Assembly: GCA_016187335.1 (NCBI GenBank)
Contig: JACPJW010000001.1
Location: 512,001-576,000, forward strand
DNA: 64,000 nucleotides
Source: Candidatus Aenigmatarchaeota archaeon
GTDB taxonomy: Archaea > Aenigmatarchaeota > Aenigmatarchaeia > GW2011-AR5
Direction of reading: 5' to 3'
The translations under genes and the position numbers were made by a program. Below, piece after piece: positions 61,447 through 64,000 of the stretch. The notes beneath the pieces are model-generated. The model saw only the letters and a list, made by a program, of their open reading frames with translations. It searched no databases and was not told the DNA's origin. The first letter of the stretch is position 1. Every line of letters begins with the position of its first letter.

Positions 61447-63312
61447 TCACTTGAACCTGATAGTTTCCAGATTCTTCGGCGCCATGGTTTCCACCTTGAA
61501 TATCCTGTGCAGCGTTTTCGCAAGGTCAACGCAGTTCATGTTGTCGCCGTGGTTCGTCATTATCCTTTTCGGCCTTGCGCTGAGGTTGGACAGATAGGAC
61601 AACAGCTGCCTCTGGTCCGAGTGGCCGGATAAACCCTGCACGGTTGCTATTTCCATTTTCAGTTCAAGAGTTTTCCCGTTCTCCATCTGTATTTCGCGCC
61701 ATCCCTTCTGGATGCGCCGTCCCAGGGAGCCTTCTGCCTGGTAGCCCACGAACAGGAGGGTGTTCTTCGGGTCGCCGGCAAACTGCTGCAGGTACTCCAA
61801 AGCCGGCCCGCCCATCAGCATGCCCGAGGTTGCTATGACAACGCACGGCTCTTTCGTGTTGAATATCTCCTGCCTTTCCTTGGAAGAACCGATGCCGCGC
61901 AGCCGCGGGTCTATGAAAGGATTCTTTCCTTTGTGAAGGATTTTTGTCTGCATTGCGCGGGACATGAATTCCGGATAAGCTGTGTGGATCGCCGTCGCGT
62001 CCCACACCATGCCGTCCTGGTATATGGGCACGTCAATGTCCGTGTCAGCGAGGATTGCAACGACATCCTGCCCTCTTCCCACGGCAAAGCTGGGTATCAG
62101 GACCCTTCCGCCCCTCTCGATAGTTCTTTTCACCTCGTCAGCCAGGAACTGCTCCCCGTCCCTGTGGGAAGGCAGCGAATCCGAAGAGCCGCCGTAGGTG
62201 CTTTCTATTATCACAGCTTCAATTCTCTGGTAATCCGTCGATGCCCTTTCAAAAAGCTTTGTCGTCTCGTATTTTATGTCCGCAGTGTACAGCAAATTGA
62301 AAAGGCCCTCGCCGACGTGGATATGCACAGAGGAAGAGCCCATTAAATGACCGGCATTCTGCAGCGTTATTCTCATGTCCGGGGTTATGTCCGTCACTTC
62401 TCCGTATTCCAGCGGGACGCAGTGCTTCACCATGTCTTCTATGGCTTTTGAGGAATAAGGCGCTTTCTTATTCTCGCGCTGGCATATGCCGATGTAATCC
62501 AATTGCAGCAGGACAGAAAGGTCTCTTGTAGGACGGGTGCAGTACATCGGCCCTTTGTAGCCGTATTCGTACAGATATGGAACTAACCCGCAATGGTCGA
62601 GATGGGCGTGTGAAAGTATGACAGCGTCCAGGTCCTGTATGTGGAATTCCGGCGCGTCCAGATATGGGTACGGCTTTACGAAAGAAGAAACGGAAACGCC
62701 GCAATCCAGCAGGACCCTGCTCTCCGGCGTCTGCAATAACATGCAAGACCTGCCCACTTCGCGGAAAGATCCCAGGCACGTCAGCCGGACCCAGTCAACG
62801 TCGCCCCTTTCAGCGTATATCTTCTTTCCGATGTTGTTGAGGAATTTTTTCCTGTAGTCGACTTCCTCGTGAAGCATCTTCCTTACGCTTTTGACGAGAA
62901 CAGAATCTATAACGGGCGCCCTTTTTATGTCGGGAGTCCAGAAAGTTTTTTCCTTTATCGTGTTCAGCGTCTCGCCGTTCTTGCCTATTGCAAGCCCGGG
63001 CTTTTCTGCGTGTATGACAACCTTGGCGAATTCCGGCTCAAAATAAATGTCCTTTATTTCAGCTTCCTGAGGCACGGTTTTTCTTATGAATTCCTTGGTC
63101 TTTTCTTCTTCCACGAGTATTGAGGGGTCCGCCCTTACCTCTATCCTTTTCTTCACCCTGTTCACGATGCTTCTTATGAGCTCTGTGCACGTCCGGAAAA
63201 AATCCCTGTTCTTCGTGTAAAGGATTATTTCGCTGCCCTCGTAGACGGTGTCAGAAATCTCAGCTGATTTCGGTATGCTTTCCTTTATCTCTTCCATAAC
63301 GTCGCTGTTCAC
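61447..63312 (-). CDS. beta-CASP ribonuclease aCPSF1 (FttA) with KH domains
   Basis: KPGLAIGKNG, EVGRSC, LSHAHLDHCG, AGHLMGS, LSGHSD. Confidence 0.95.
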   Translation of the reverse strand: MNSDVMEEIKESIPKSAEISDTVYEGSEIILYTKNRDFFRTCTELIRSIVNRVKKRIEVRADPSILVEEEKTKEFIRKTVPQEAEIKDIYFEPEFAKVVIHAEKPGLAIGKNGETLNTIKEKTFWTPDIKRAPVIDSVLVKSVRKMLHEEVDYRKKFLNNIGKKIYAERGDVDWVRLTCLGSFREVGRSCMLLQTPESRVLLDCGVSVSSFVKPYPYLDAPEFHIQDLDAVILSHAHLDHCGLVPYLYEYGYKGPMYCTRPTRDLSVLLQLDYIGICQRENKKAPYSSKAIEDMVKHCVPLEYGEVTDITPDMRITLQNAGHLMGSSSVHIHVGEGLFNLLYTADIKYETTKLFERASTDYQRIEAVIIESTYGGSSDSLPSHRDGEQFLADEVKRTIERGGRVLIPSFAVGRGQDVVAILADTDIDVPIYQDGMVWDATAIHTAYPEFMSRAMQTKILHKGKNPFIDPRLRGIGSSKERQEIFNTKEPCVVIATSGMLMGGPALEYLQQFAGDPKNTLLFVGYQAEGSLGRRIQKGWREIQMENGKTLELKMEIATVQGLSGHSDQRQLLSYLSNLSARPKRIMTNHGDNMNCVDLAKTLHRIFKVETMAPKNLETIRFK

Positions 63313-63513
63313 TGTACCACCTGCTGGCTTGTCTTGTTAAAATTTCGGATTATTTTCTAATTAGATAGAGTTTTGCTAAAGCGTGTTTTGTGGACGCTTG
63401 AACAAATCTAAAGATTGAAGTTTTGGATCAATTGTTGTTGATTATTAAAAAATTATCAGGGATTTTCGGGTGAAATCTTTCAGGGCGGCAAAGTTAATTT
63501 CGCCACAAACCTC

Positions 63514-63601
63514 TTTTGATGCGCGAAGAACATATGTTCTTCGGCATTGCCAAAATGCCTTATGCATTTTGAGCAATTGAACTTTGGAGCAGCAAAGTTC
63601 A
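63514..63601 (-). repeat. Three-hairpin element beginning at the psmB stop codon and ending in ATCAAAA
   Basis: TGAACTTTG-CTGCTC-CAAAGTTCA, CAAAATGC-ATAAG-GCATTTTG, CGAAGAAC-ATAT-GTTCTTCG-CGC-ATCAAAA. Confidence 0.72.
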
Positions 63602-64000
63602 CTTCGCGATTTCCTTGACTTTCTCGGACTCGACGAACTTGAGGCCGTCCTTGTCAATGACGGCGACGTTGATTTCCCTGCCGCCGGAAAATATGTCGCG
63701 CTCCCTCGCCGCTCTTATTGAGCGTATTGCCAGTCGCACCCCTTCTTCGCGGCTCATGTTTTCCTTGTATCCTTCCTCAAGGACGCCGTAAGCGATAGGC
63801 GAGCCGCTGCCTGTTGATGTGTACTTGTCCTCTTCCACCCCGCCGACAGGGTCAATGCTGAACACATGGAAGCCTTCCTTGTCCGCGCCTCCGACTATCA
63901 GCATGGCCATGTAAGGGTAATAGCGCACGCTTTGCAGGACATTGGCCAGGAGCGTTGAAGCGGCTTTCACGGTTATGTCGTTGTTTCTCGTCAGCTTGTA
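63599..64000 (-). CDS. psmB: Proteasome beta subunit, 5' end outside the window
   Basis: VFSIDPVGG, TGSGSPIAYGVLE, A.ERDIFSGG; frame is open to the window edge. Confidence 0.93.
   Translation of the reverse strand, partial: YKLTRNNDITVKAASTLLANVLQSVRYYPYMAMLIVGGADKEGFHVFSIDPVGGVEEDKYTSTGSGSPIAYGVLEEGYKENMSREEGVRLAIRSIRAARERDIFSGGREINVAVIDKDGLKFVESEKVKEIAK

Noticed and set aside
2130-63601. Reading the hairpin modules as CRISPR repeats or integron attC sites
   Set aside because: They are not regularly spaced and have no spacers. No cas or integrase gene is present, and most follow housekeeping genes rather than the orphans.
3159-63657. Many overlapping or antisense ORFs in the six-frame track (e.g. 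8585..9220, 14563..15237, 28458..29081, 46456..47346)
   Set aside because: They are shadows of well-supported genes on the other strand or frame and show no motifs of their own.

Overview
This is an archaeal chromosome segment with no rRNA and no CRISPR array. It carries GatDE, TBP, FEN1, MCM, aCPSF1, a class I CCA-adding enzyme, Dph5/Dph6 and Rpo12. The compact genes, split Hef and pilin-rich locus suggest a DPANN lineage; Aenigmatarchaeota is my best guess, by inference only. Layout: 0-10.7 kb has glycosyltransferases, truD, pth2 and an archaetidylinositol lipid module (ino1, CDP-alcohol transferase, carS, DedA, PadR with two palindromic operators). At 10.7-10.9 kb a tRNA-Arg(GCG) carries two insertions. 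13.2-32.7 kb is a ~20 kb type IV pilus-like envelope locus: class III signal peptide proteins (one containing an M23 peptidase), four unannotated micro-proteins, TadC-like protein, ATPase, coiled-coil proteins and four paralogous membrane proteins. 32.7-64 kb is housekeeping genes interleaved with single AT-rich orphans, VapBC, a LysM-like protein, an intein-containing MCM, a split Hef and a HEPN-like protein. The most unusual signal is non-coding: a dispersed family of short covarying hairpin modules (types A, B, C) that nest inside each other in intergenic DNA. Both tRNA insertions belong to this same family.
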